DNA of 64,000 nucleotides from Octopus vulgaris (GCA_951406725.2 OX597833.1:59148001-59212000), one strand, 5' to 3'. Numbered from the stretch's first letter, positions 1-12,712 are shown. Notes: generated by a model from the sequence alone, not told the origin. Program-made: numbers and translations.

Positions 1-140
1 CATATTCTGTTGTGTCTGGGGAGAGTCATTTTCTTGTTGTGCCTTATAATTTAACACACTCACCGGTAAAATTTCCACTTATTTCTTATTTTTACTTTCC
101 TAAAATTTTCGTTGCGTCTTGCAACTTTTTCAATAGTCTT

Positions 141-488
141 GACTATTGAAAAGGTTGCAAGAGTCAAGACTATTGAAAAGGTTACAAGAGTCAAGACTAT
201 TGAAATGGTTGCAAGAGTCAAGACTATTGAAAAGGTTACAAGAGTCTTGACTATTGAAAAGGTTACAAGAGTCAAGACTATTGAAAAGGTTGCAAGAGTC
301 AAGACTATTGAAAAAGGTTGCAAGAGTCAAGACTATTGAAAAAGGTTGCAAGAGTCAAGACTATTGAAAAGGTTGCAAGAGTCAAGACTATTGAAAAGGT
401 TACGAGAGTCAAGACTATTGAAAAGGTTGCAAGAGTCAAGACTATTGAAAAGGTTGCAAGAGTCAAGACTATTGAAAAGGTTGCAAGA
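141..488 (+). repeat. Tandem array of a 27-bp unit (GACTATTGAAAAGGTTGCAAGAGTCAA), 13 copies
   Basis: GACTATTGAA starts at 141, 168, 195, 222, 249, 276, 303, 331, 359, 386, 413, 440 and 467. Confidence 0.95.
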
Positions 489-505
489 TGCAACGAAAAT
501 TTTAG
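469..505 (+). ncRNA. Minimal type I hammerhead-like motif with U3-A8 core variant
   Basis: CTA-TTGAAAA-G-GTTGC-AAGAT-GCAAC-GAAA-AT-TT-TAG: helix I CTA/TAG, 5-bp stem II, palindromic AATT as stem III. Confidence 0.55.
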
Positions 506-674
506 GAGAATAAAAATAAGAAATAAGTGGAAATTTTACCAGTGAGTGTGTTAAATTATAAGGCAGAAAAAGAAAATGACCCTCCCCAGACACAACAGAA
601 TGAATTTCTAACATCATATCAATTAGAATTTTCTAATTTTAACGTAATATTAATAATTAAAAAAATATTATTAT

Positions 675-888
675 CCATGGCTTCGTGGTTAAGGAGATTG
701 TTTCTCAACCACATGGTTTCAGAAGAAGGGTCTCCTACAATAAAGCCTTGTAAATGGATTTCATAGACAGAAACTGAAAGAAGCCTGTTGTATACATGTG
801 TGTGTGTGTGTTTGTATGTTTGTGTCCCTTGTCTTGACATCACGTGATAGCCGTGAGTGTCAGAGTCATACAAAACAGTGTCATTGTG
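675..888 (+). mobile_element. Old, degenerate SINE family A relative
   Basis: Shares AAAGCCTTGT..GGATTT..AGAC.GAAACTGAAAGAAGCC with family A. Confidence 0.6.
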
Positions 889-889
889 G

Positions 890-1078
890 TTTTGAAATCT
901 GCTCGCCGGGTATTACTGGTATTTCATCGATCTTTACATTCTGAGTTCGAATCCCACCAGGGTTTGACTTTGCCTTTCATCCTTTTAGGATCGATGAAAT
1001 AAGTACCAGTCATGCACTAGGGTCAATGTAATCGACTAGCCCCCCCCCCTCTCAAAATTTCAGGTCTTGTGCTTATAG
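890..1078 (+). mobile_element. SINE family B (tRNA head plus Meta-domain-like core)
   Basis: TTCTGAGTTCGAATCCC..GACTTTGCCTTTCATCCTTT..GATCGATGAAATAAGTACC. Confidence 0.8.
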
Positions 1079-1084
1079 TCTTGT

Positions 1085-1218
1085 CTACTCTAGGCACAAA
1101 GCCCGAAATTTTGGGTGAGGGGGACCAGTCGATTAGATCGACCCTAATATGCAACTAGTGCTTAATTTATCGACCCCAAAAGGAAGAAAAGCAAAGTCGA
1201 CCTCAGCTGAATTTGAGG
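1085..1218 (-). mobile_element. SINE family B, partial, inverted relative to its neighbour
   Basis: Reverse complement of the family B core (AAAGCAAAGTCGACCTC..GAATTTGA). Confidence 0.75.
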
Positions 1219-1231
1219 TCTTTCGCCCTGT

Positions 1232-1283
<52 letters not shown>

Positions 1284-1289
1284 CAACAA

Positions 1290-1437
1290 CATCGAAAAAT
1301 ACCTTAGGAATGAGAACCCAGGTTCAAAATTTCCCGAAGACACCTCATGAAGGCTGGAGGGTATATCAGCTGAAACATTGTGTTAACAACAAACAAGATG
1401 AGGACAAATATCCATCAAATATAAACAATGTAAATAA
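1290..1437 (+). mobile_element. PLE-terminus-like element with a decayed minimal hammerhead (1340-1383)
   Basis: ACAC-CTCATGA-A-GGCTG-(10 nt)-CAGCT-GAAA-CA-TT-GTGT; follows an (AAT)n tract. Confidence 0.6.
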
Positions 1438-1439
1438 TG

Positions 1440-2810
1440 TACTGTAGCTATACTTCTTTATGGACATATAGTTGTAGAGTAATGTGAAGATATACAGTAG
1501 CAACACTTCCCTGTGGCTATATATCTGTGCAGAAATGTGAAGCTCTAATACACTGTTACACTTCTTTGTGGACATGTATCTCTACAAACATGTGAAGATA
1601 GAAAGATTTTATACACTGTGACTACATTTCCATATGGACATATATCGGTACAAAAATGTAAAGATACACTGTTGCTACACTTCCTTGTGGACTTATATTT
1701 GTGCAGAAATGTGAGGATATACTGTTGCTACGCTTCCTTGTGGACATTTATCTGTATAGAAATGTGAGAATACACTTTTACTACATTTCCTTGTAGACTT
1801 ATATTTGTACAGAAATATGAGAATACACTGTTGCTACACTTCCTTGTGGAGTTATATCTGTATAGAAATGTGAGGATACACTGTTGCTACACTTCCTTGT
1901 GGACATATATCTGTACAGAAATGTGAGGATACACTGTTGCTACACTTCCTTGTTGACATATATCTGTACAGAAATGTGAGGATACACTGTTGCTACACTT
2001 CCTTGTTGACATATATCTGTACAAAAATGTGAGAATACACTGTTGCTACACTTCCTTGTAGACTTATATTTGTACAGAAATGTGAGGATACACTGTTGCT
2101 ACACTTCCTTGTTGACATTTATCTGTATAGAAATGTGAGAATACACTTTTACTACACTTCCTTGTAGACTTATATTTGTACAGAAATATGAGAATACACT
2201 GTTGCTACACTTCCTTGTGGAGTTATATCTGTACAAAAATGTGAGAATACACTGTTGCTACACTTCCTTGTAGACTTATATTTGTACAGAAATGTGAGGA
2301 ATACACTGTTGCTACACTTCCTTGGGGACTTATATTTGTACAGAAATGTGAGGATACAATGTTGCTACACTTCCTTGTGGACATATATCTGTAGAGAAAT
2401 GTGAGGATACACTGTTACTACACTTCCTGGTGGACATATATCTGTATAGAAATGTGAGGATACACTGTTGCCACACTTCCTTGTAGACTTATATTTGTAC
2501 AGAAATGTGAGAATACACTTTTACTACACTTCCTTGTAGACTTATATTTGTACAGAAATGTGAGGATACACTATTACTACACTTCCTTGTGGAGATATAT
2601 CTGTATAGAAATGTGAAGATACACTGTTGCTCCACTTCCTTGTAGACATATATTTGTACAGAAATGTGAAGATACACTGTTGCTACACTTCCTTGTGGAC
2701 ATATATTTGTACAGAAATGTGAGGATACACTGTTACTACACTTCCTGGCGGATCATACATCTGTACAAAGAAGTAAAGGTTTTATACATTGTGGCTACAA
2801 TTCCCTGCGG
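1440..2810. repeat. 53-bp minisatellite, about 25 copies
   Basis: Unit ATACACTGTTGCTACACTTCCTTGTGGACATATATCTGTACAGAAATGTGAGG; period 53 (for example GAGG at 1872 and 1925); edge copies are degenerate. Confidence 0.95.
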
Positions 2811-2884
2811 ATGCATTTTTAGAGAGACAAGAAAGCCCTTTAGGGGCTAATTATTATTCAGCTTAACTTTCATCTTATCTGAAC

Positions 2885-4356
2885 ACTTCCTTCTTTCTTT
2901 TTTTCCCTGTTTTCTTTCTTTCACTTCTGTTCTTTTTCTCTTCTCTTCTCTCTCTTTTATTCTCTCTCTCTCTCTCTCTCTCTTCACTCCCTGTCTTATT
3001 CTTGCCCTCTTGTACTCCTTCCCTCTTATTCTCTGTTAAAACCTCTCTGTCTATCTTCCTCTCTCTCTCTCTTTCTCCCCACTCTCTCTCTCTCTCTCTT
3101 TCTCCCCACTCTCTCTCTCTCTCTCTCTCTCTTCCCTGTATCTCACCTGCTTGTTTTCTTTTACACACTATTTTTTCCAGTATTACACACACACACACTC
3201 ACGCACACACTCACACACACACTCGCACACACACACACGCACTCTTATAGACAGACTGTCAACTCACCACTGTCACTTTTTTATCATTCTCTCTCCCCCT
3301 CTTCTCAACACACACATATGTATAATGTATGCACGTATGTATGTATGTATGTATGCATGTACGTTTGTATGTATGTATGTATGTATGTATATATGTGTGT
3401 ATGTGTGAGTGTGTACGTATGTATGTATGTATGTATGTATGTATGTATGCATGTACGTTTGTATGTATGTATGTATGTATGTATGTATGTATGTACGTTT
3501 GTATGTATGTATGTATGTATGTATATATGTGTGTATGTGTGAGTGTGTACGTATGTATGTATGTATGTATGTATGTATGTATGTATGTATGTACGTTTGT
3601 ATGTATGTATGTATGTATGTATGTATGTATGTACGTTTGTATGTATGTATGTATGTATGTATATATGTGTGTATGTGTGAGTGTGTACGTATGTATGTAT
3701 GTATGTATGTATGTATGTATGCATGTACGTTTGTATGTATGTATGTATGTATGTATGTATGTATGTATGTATGTATGTATGTATGTATGATGGTATGTAT
3801 ATATGTATGTGTGTATGTGTGAGTGTGTACGTATGTATGTATGTATGTATGTATGTATGTAGGTATGTGTGTATGTGTGTATGTATGTGTGTATGTATGT
3901 ATGTATGTATGTATGTGTGTGTATGCGTGTAAGTATATGTGTGTGTATGTAGGTATGTATATATGTATGTATGTATGCATGTATGTATGTATGTATGTGT
4001 ATGTATGTATGTATGTGTGTATGTATGCATATATGTATGTATGTAGGTATATATGTATGTAGGTATATATGTATGTAGGTATGTACATATGTATGTATGT
4101 GTATGTATGTATGAATGTATGTATGTGTGTATGTATGTATGCTTTATGTGTGTGTGTGTGTGTATATATCTATATATATATATGTGTGTATGTGTTTGCG
4201 TGTGTGTCTGTGTAGTATGTATGTATATATGTTTTGTATGTATGTATGTATGTATATGTATTTACATAATCTATATGTATGTAGTATATATAGTATGTAT
4301 GTGTACTTATGTTGATATATGTGTGTTTATGTATATGAATGTATATATGTATATTT

Positions 4357-4410
<54 letters not shown>

Positions 4411-4611
4411 CCCTCATTTTCTTTATCTCTATCAATCAATATACCTTACTCTTCCTTTCTCTCATTCCATCTCTCTTTCCATTCACTTTCCTCCCTCAAT
4501 CTTTTATTCCATCTCTCTCTCCAGATATTTTCCCTGATTTACTTTTGCTCTCTCTCTCTCTCAATCTCTCCCTGTTACTCTCCTCTCCCATTCTCTCTCT
4601 CCCTGTCGCTC

Positions 4612-4644
<33 letters not shown>

Positions 4645-4900
4645 GTCTCTCTCTCTTTTTCTCTCCCTCTTGCTCTCTCCTCTGCCCCAATCTCCCAAAC
4701 AGTACCCCCCCTCTTCATCACCTCCTCTCTTTACTCTCCTCCCACCATCTCTCCACGCCGTAAAACAACCTCCTTCACTATCCCCCTCCTTCCTTTATTA
4801 CTCCTCCTCTCCTCCCCATCCTCCTCCTCCTTCTCATCCCACTTCTCTCCACCCTAACCGCCACCACCACCACCACCCAATCACCCCCCCAACCTCCACC
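2885..4900. repeat. Compound microsatellite field: (CT)n, (CA)n, (TATG)n, pyrimidine-rich tract
   Basis: Directly visible low-complexity sequence. Confidence 0.95.
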
Positions 4901-5119
4901 AACAGAATTCTTGTAGAACTCTCACTCTCTCTCGAGTGTCTCTCCGCATCCGAGCGAATGGCGTTGCTGTTAGGGAGGACGCTTGTGTCGGATGAGGACA
5001 GGGATGCTGAGATGAGATGGAAGCTTGAAAGGAGGCCATCAACAGGTCCCCACAGCATGGAATGCCCTACACAACTTGGTCAAATGGCTACTTTATTTCG
5101 ATGTCTCTGACACGACTTT

Positions 5120-6127
5120 TGGATATATATATACATACATACATATATAAAAATATATATATATACATATATATATATACATATAATCACACACCCACCT
5201 TCAACAGAACACACTCACATATATATGTATACATACATGCCTACCTGTATTTATATATATATATCAACATACACACACACATATACATACATATACATGT
5301 CTATATATTTACATACATGCAAACACAAAAACATACCTATATACCGAAAAACTTACATGCACACAGGCATATCGAGACATACAATACATGTATATATATG
5401 GATATATATACACATGTTATTATACATCATAGACACTTACACATATACACACGTGGCAAAGAGACCCCAGAAATTTCAGACAGACATACAGCCAATTCAG
5501 TGACATAAATACACACTAATTACTACACACACACACATATATATATATATACACACTTACAGAAATATTCCTAAGCCCTCCCACACAACTTTTTATATAT
5601 ATATACATATATATATAAATATAATATTATATAATATATATATATATATATATAAATATCTGCGGTGTGAGTGTTATCATTTATACATATATATCTATCT
5701 TTCCATATATACATATATATAAACATATATATATATATATATATATAGACATAGATATATATAAATATATATATATATATACACATACATATATATGTAT
5801 ATGTATGCGTATGTATAACTCTGCAACAGAATCTTAACACAGACCACGCACAAATACATACATAATACATAGGCACACACAAACACACACGCGCATCTGT
5901 ATGTATGTATATACATATATTTATAGATATATATACACTCACTCACTTACTACGGAGAGGTAACAGCAGTAATAAAAGGGTTTTTTAGTTGTTTGATGTT
6001 CATGGAGCTTTTAAACAATGAGGAAGATATTGGAGCTGTCTTGAATAACCAGGTAAGGAACCTCTCTCAATACATATGTGCATATATACATACATACATA
6101 CATATATACATATACATACATACATAC

Positions 6128-6201
<74 letters not shown>

Positions 6202-6222
6202 CTGTATCTACATATGTACATA

Positions 6223-6293
<71 letters not shown>

Positions 6294-6429
6294 TATATCT
6301 CTATCTATATATATACATATATATATATATCTGTATCTACATAAGTACATATATATCTATATCTATCTCTATCTCTCTCTCTCTATATATATATATATAG
6401 GATACATTCATACATATATACATACATAT

Positions 6430-6510
<81 letters not shown>

Positions 6511-6608
6511 TATATATATATATACATATGAATATATACCTTCTCTCAATACAGATGTAGATATATACAAACATACATATGTACATACATATATATATAT
6601 ATATACAC

Positions 6609-6647
<39 letters not shown>

Positions 6648-6650
6648 TGC
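5120..6650. repeat. (TA)n/(CA)n/(TACA)n microsatellite field
   Basis: Directly visible. Confidence 0.9.
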
Positions 6651-6654
6651 AACT

Positions 6655-6878
6655 GGGTGCTGTAAAGTTCCTGGCTCTGGGTAAAAGAAAATGCGGGAGG
6701 AATCGGATAATTATGATTTCATCCAACATATTCGCCTCTCAGATTTACACGTTTTTTTTTTTTTTTTACAGCGGCCTTTCACTTTTATCCAAACCTTGTA
6801 AAAGAACTCGAAATGTAGGGTCCTCCACCCAGGTCTTTCATGACACCCCTAAAGCCAGGAACTTTTCAGCAAACCCCC
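6655..6878. mobile_element. Tc1/mariner-type MITE
   Basis: Terminal inverted repeats TGCTGTAAAGTTCCTGGCTCT ... AAAGCCAGGAACTTTTCAGCA; no ORF. Confidence 0.7.
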
Positions 6879-7209
6879 ACCACCACCACCATATATAGAT
6901 ATATAGATATATATGTATGTATATGTATATATATATATATATATGAATATACACACACACGCTCATGCATACCCTGTACACCTCTCTTACTTTATATAAC
7001 AGATGGACGAGGGGGGAGAGCCATGGTTATGATGTAGGAGTTCAAACATCACTTCCATGCCACCCTTATTACAGCCTCCTCCTCTTCCTTCTCCCTCTCC
7101 TCCTCCTCCTCCTCCTCTTCCTCGTTCGCTTTCTTTTCTTTTCTGTCATTTTCTGCGGTGTTCCTCTGTCAAACCATTTCCGATCAATATTTACATAGAT
7201 TTCTTTGTG

Positions 7210-7459
7210 GATGTGTGCCTCTGTGCATGTTGTGTGTATGTGTGTGTGTGTGTGTTTGTTTGTTTGTGTATGTGTGTGTGTCTGTGTATGTTTGCCTGTG
7301 TGTGGAAGGCATGTGTCTGTATATGTGTGTGTGAGAGAGAGAGTGAGAGAGAAAGAGAGAGAGTATGTGTATGTGTGAGAGAGAGAGAGAGAAAGAGAGA
7401 GAGAGAAAAGAGAGAGAGTGTGTGTGTGTGTGTGTGTTTGCTTGTTTGTGTATGTGTGT

Positions 7460-7528
<69 letters not shown>

Positions 7529-8600
7529 TTTGTGTATGTATGTGTTTCTGTGTATGTGTGTCTGTGAGTGGGGGCATATGTGTGTGTGTGTCTTTTGTGT
7601 GTCTACGTGCATGCATGTTTGTGTGTCAATGTGTTTGTGTGTTTCTGTGCTTGTGGTTATCATCTGTGTGAGTGTGAGCACATCTGTGTGTGCGCGTGTG
7701 CGTGTATGTATGTGTGTGTGTCTGATTCTGTCTGTCTATCTGTTTGTGTGTGTGTCTGTGTATCTGGCTCTACATATGCCATTACACAGTAATATTTGTG
7801 TGTGTGTTTTTGTGTGCATGTGTGTGTGTGAGTGTGTGTGTGAGTGTGTGTGTGAGTGTGTGAGTGTGTGAGTGTGTGAGCGTGTGTGAGTGTGTGTGTG
7901 AGCGTGTGTGTGAGCGTGTGTGTGTGTATGTGAGCATGTGTGTGTGAGTGTGTGTGAGCGTGTGTGTGAGTGTGTGGATGCGTGTGTGTGTGAGTGTGTG
8001 TGTAAGTGTGTGTGTGAGCATGTGCGTGTGTGTGTGTGTGTGTGAGTGTGTGTTCCATGGTTAAACATAAATATGAATATTTGTTCCTGTCTGCTTGTAT
8101 TCCTCTGTGTGTGTGTGTATGTATTAGCGTGTGTGTGTGTGCATGTGCGTATGTATTAACGTGTGTACGTGTGTGTATATGTATATATATGTCCGTATGT
8201 GTGTATATGAGTGTGTATGTGTTAGTAGATTAATGAGTGGGCGTTGTTGCATGTGTATCTGTGTTTGCCGGCGTATGCTCCAACAATGAAATGTTTGTGT
8301 ACGTATCTGCGTATCTGTGTATATGTGTGTATTTATTGGCATGCACATGTATGTATTTGTGTGTGTATTTAGATACAAAGACTAGTAGATGTGAAAAAAA
8401 AGACTGTGTATACTCATACATATATATGCATGCATATATACATGTGTGTATAGACACAGGTGTGTATATGTGTAAATCCATCTGCATGTATAAACAACCT
8501 GACACATCCCAATTGGCTCTTTTTTTTCATCAATCTTGACATATATACACCCATATGCTTCTGCATATATACATATATATGTGTGTGTGTGTGTGTATAT
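7210..8600. repeat. (TG)n/(GA)n degenerate microsatellite field
   Basis: Directly visible. Confidence 0.9.
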
Positions 8601-8611
8601 ATATATAGATA

Positions 8612-8842
8612 AAGCGGCAAGCTGGCAGAATCGTTAGCACACCGGGCGAAATGCTTCATGCTATTTCGTCTGTCGTTACATTCTGAGTTCAAATTCCACC
8701 GAGGTCGATTTTGTCTTTCATCCTTTCGGGGTCAATAAATCAAATACCAGTTACGCACTGGGGTAGATGTAATTGACTTAATCTCTTTGTCTGTCCTTGT
8801 TAGTCCCCTCTATGTTTAGCCCCCTGTGGGCAATAAAGAAAT
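8612..8842 (+). mobile_element. SINE family B, full length
   Basis: GCGGCAAGCTGGCAGAATCGTTAGCAC head, B-box GAGTTCAAATTCC, ends in GGGCAATAAAGAAA. Confidence 0.9.
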
Positions 8843-8844
8843 AT

Positions 8845-9114
8845 GTAAATGTGTGTGCAAATGTCTGTGCATGTAGATAGATAGATGTGTGTGTGTGAGT
8901 GTGTGTGTGTGTGCGTGTGAATGTGTAGATAGATGGATAGAGAGAGAGGGAGGCAATTTTGAACCATATATATATATATATATATGCACACATATTCAAC
9001 TATGTATATGTATATATAGTTATCTACAAATGAGTATAAATATAGTTATCTGTGCAGATGTATATATGCAGGTATCAACAAGTGTGTATATACATACATA
9101 CATGTGTGTGTGTA

Positions 9115-9159
<45 letters not shown>

Positions 9160-9284
9160 ATATAAGTTTTATACATCTACGTGTGCTTTTACATGTATAC
9201 ATCTTGTGTGTATAATGTATAATGTATATATCTACAATGGCATATATACACATATATATATATATATTTCTGAATGTGTATACC

Positions 9285-9336
<52 letters not shown>

Positions 9337-9590
9337 TAGAAGTGTGTGTACAAGATATATACAATATCAGATTTTACGTCATATCAAATGTTTCTTACGT
9401 ATATGTATGTATTTGGATGTGTGTGTGTGTGTTTCTAATAGTGAGCATTCTTAGCCATGTTGCATATGCATGTTCGTGGGGGTATATAGATAGACTGCTA
9501 AAGATAGATAGATATATGTATGTATATACACACATGTATACATACACACACACAACACATATATGTATATACACATATATGGTTGTATAT

Positions 9591-9635
<45 letters not shown>

Positions 9636-9713
9636 ATATATACACATATGTACAGATGTATACATACATATGAACATTTACATGTACACACAAACACATA
9701 TATATATACATAC

Positions 9714-9762
<49 letters not shown>

Positions 9763-10020
9763 ATATACATAAATATATATATATATACACTTACATATAT
9801 ATATATACATACATACATACATACACATATATTCACATATATGTGTATATATGCAGTTATATAAATAATAATGAACATATTGCTTACAGTGTTCAGGTAC
9901 ATATTTCATATAACATATATATACATATAGATGTAGACGATAGATAGATAGACAGACAAGCAGACAGACAGACATATCACATTAAATAAAAATGCATATT
10001 TTTATATATACATATACATA

Positions 10021-10077
<57 letters not shown>

Positions 10078-10630
10078 GGCAGTGCCCCAGCATGGCCACA
10101 GCTCGTGAGCTGAAACTAGATAAAATAAAAAATAAAAAATATATATATATATATATAATAGACATATACATATGTATATATATCATATACATATGTATAT
10201 TACACACACACATGCATGCACACGTGCACACGCACACACACACACACACATAGATATACGCACACACTCACACACATATATACATAGTATAAATGTATTG
10301 CGGTGCACATAAAAAAAAATTACAGTATAAAATAGTATTGTATAGTATGTAATACTTGAATATGTCTGTTTCTTTCTCTTCCTCTCTCTTTCCCTCTCCC
10401 TCTATATATACATGTATGCATGTGTGTATGCATATATATATACATATATATATATACACTCACACACACACATTTGTATATATATATATATATTTGTATG
10501 TATGTATGTATATGTCTGTGTATGCATGTATTTATGTACATATATATGTATATATAGATATATTTTAATAGATAGATAGAAAGATAGATAGATAGAGAGA
10601 GAGACAGACAGACAGAGAGATAGATAGATA
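8845..10630. repeat. (TA)n/(CA)n/(GA)n microsatellite field
   Basis: Directly visible. Confidence 0.9.
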
Positions 10631-10631
10631 T

Positions 10632-10812
10632 GTTTCTTTATTAGCCACACAGGGCTGCACACAGACAGGACAAAATTACAAGGTAGAGCTTTTCTTTTGG
10701 GGGTAAAAGAAGGGGGTTTGGTTTTCGATCAAAAGGGATCGTAAATGGAAAGAAAGAGGACAAAAAAAAGGGGGGGGAACAAAATTGGATCAATAGGGAT
10801 CGTTATCACAGA
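10632..10812 (-). mobile_element. Probable LINE 3' end inserted in (GATA)n
   Basis: Minus strand ends TGTGTGCAGCCCTGTGTGGCTAATAAAGAAA, similar to the SINE B 3' terminus; (GATA)n on both sides. Confidence 0.5.
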
Positions 10813-11860
<1,048 letters not shown>

Positions 11861-12534
11861 CGTAGGTGTGGCAGTGATAGCGATGACGATGGATAGTTAT
11901 GGTGATGCTGATGGTGATGGTAGCGTAGCTGTTGGTCACGGTGGCGGTGTGTGTCAGTGGTGGTGGTCTCGGCGGCGATGGTGGTGGTGGTGGTGGTTGT
12001 GGTGCTGGTGTCCGTCATAATTGTGGTGTTGCCTCACAGCTGACCATTGTGCAGTTTGATATTAACGTATCTCCTCTCCTGACATCTTTCACACCTAAAC
12101 ACATCTCGTTGGTTTCCTAGGTGGCTTCATGGATAACCTATTGAACCGCCTCATCATTACGTGCAGAGTTCAACTCCATTGCAGACAATTCAGTCTGGCT
12201 CTGGCCCAGAACAATGTTTACTCGCATTGCCCTTGTACACCTAATTTCAGAGAATAAATATATTATCACCTGAGAAATTTACCTGTAAAAGACTGATCAC
12301 ATATTCAGGAGACTGGTGACATACTCTATCATTTTTCTGCTTCATGCCATTACACTGGAGCTAATTATCTAATTATAAACTCTCAGGTTCTGACTGATCC
12401 AATTTTGTTTGGTTGATTCAGAAATTGGTACCTGGCATTCCTTTTGTTGGTGGTTCTGACTTGGACAGACAAGATCCAGACGATTTTTTTTTACCATGCC
12501 AAAATACAAGTTTTCATTAATGACAATTACACTC

Positions 12535-12712
12535 TCGGAGTGGTTGGCGTTAGGAAGGGCATCCAGCTGTAGAAACTCTGTCAGATCAGATTGGAGCCTG
12601 GTGCAGCCATCTGGGTCGCTAGCCCTCAGTCAAATTCATCCAACCCATGCTAGCATGGAAAGCAGACATTAAACGATGATGATGATGATGATGATGATGA
12701 TGACGATGATGA
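12535..12712 (+). mobile_element. Family E: RTE-related short element with (GAT)n tail
   Basis: TGGTTGGCGTTAGGAAGGGCATCCAGCTGTAGAAA ... AACCCATGCTAGCATGGAAAGCAGACATTAAACGATGATGAT. Confidence 0.75.

Larger units (their letters stand above)
1..602. mobile_element. Fold-back (inverted) pair of a PLE-derived non-autonomous element, with an internal tandem array
   Basis: 1-140 is the reverse complement of about 464-602, with a few mismatches. The inversion centre is AGTC-TT-GACT at 135-144. A monomer of the same family lies at 40079-40260. Confidence 0.75.

Noticed and set aside
60-545. Repetitive ORFs (KTIEKVARV)n / (TFSIVLTL)n
   Set aside because: By-product of a 27-bp non-coding tandem array; frames shift at the 28-bp units.
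141-2810. CRISPR-like arrays (27-bp and 53-bp repeats)
   Set aside because: Units are contiguous with no unique spacers, there are no cas genes, and the DNA is eukaryotic.
1440-2810. C2H2 zinc-finger array (abundant in octopus)
   Set aside because: The period is 53 bp rather than 84, there is no sustained frame, and no CxxC..HxxxH/TGEKP pattern.
12040-12290. Exon-like sequence after TTTCCTAG (12120) and a minus-strand frame MRVNIVLGQSQTELSAMELNS
   Set aside because: Frames are short or interrupted by stops, the peptide is unrecognised, and there is no clear donor.
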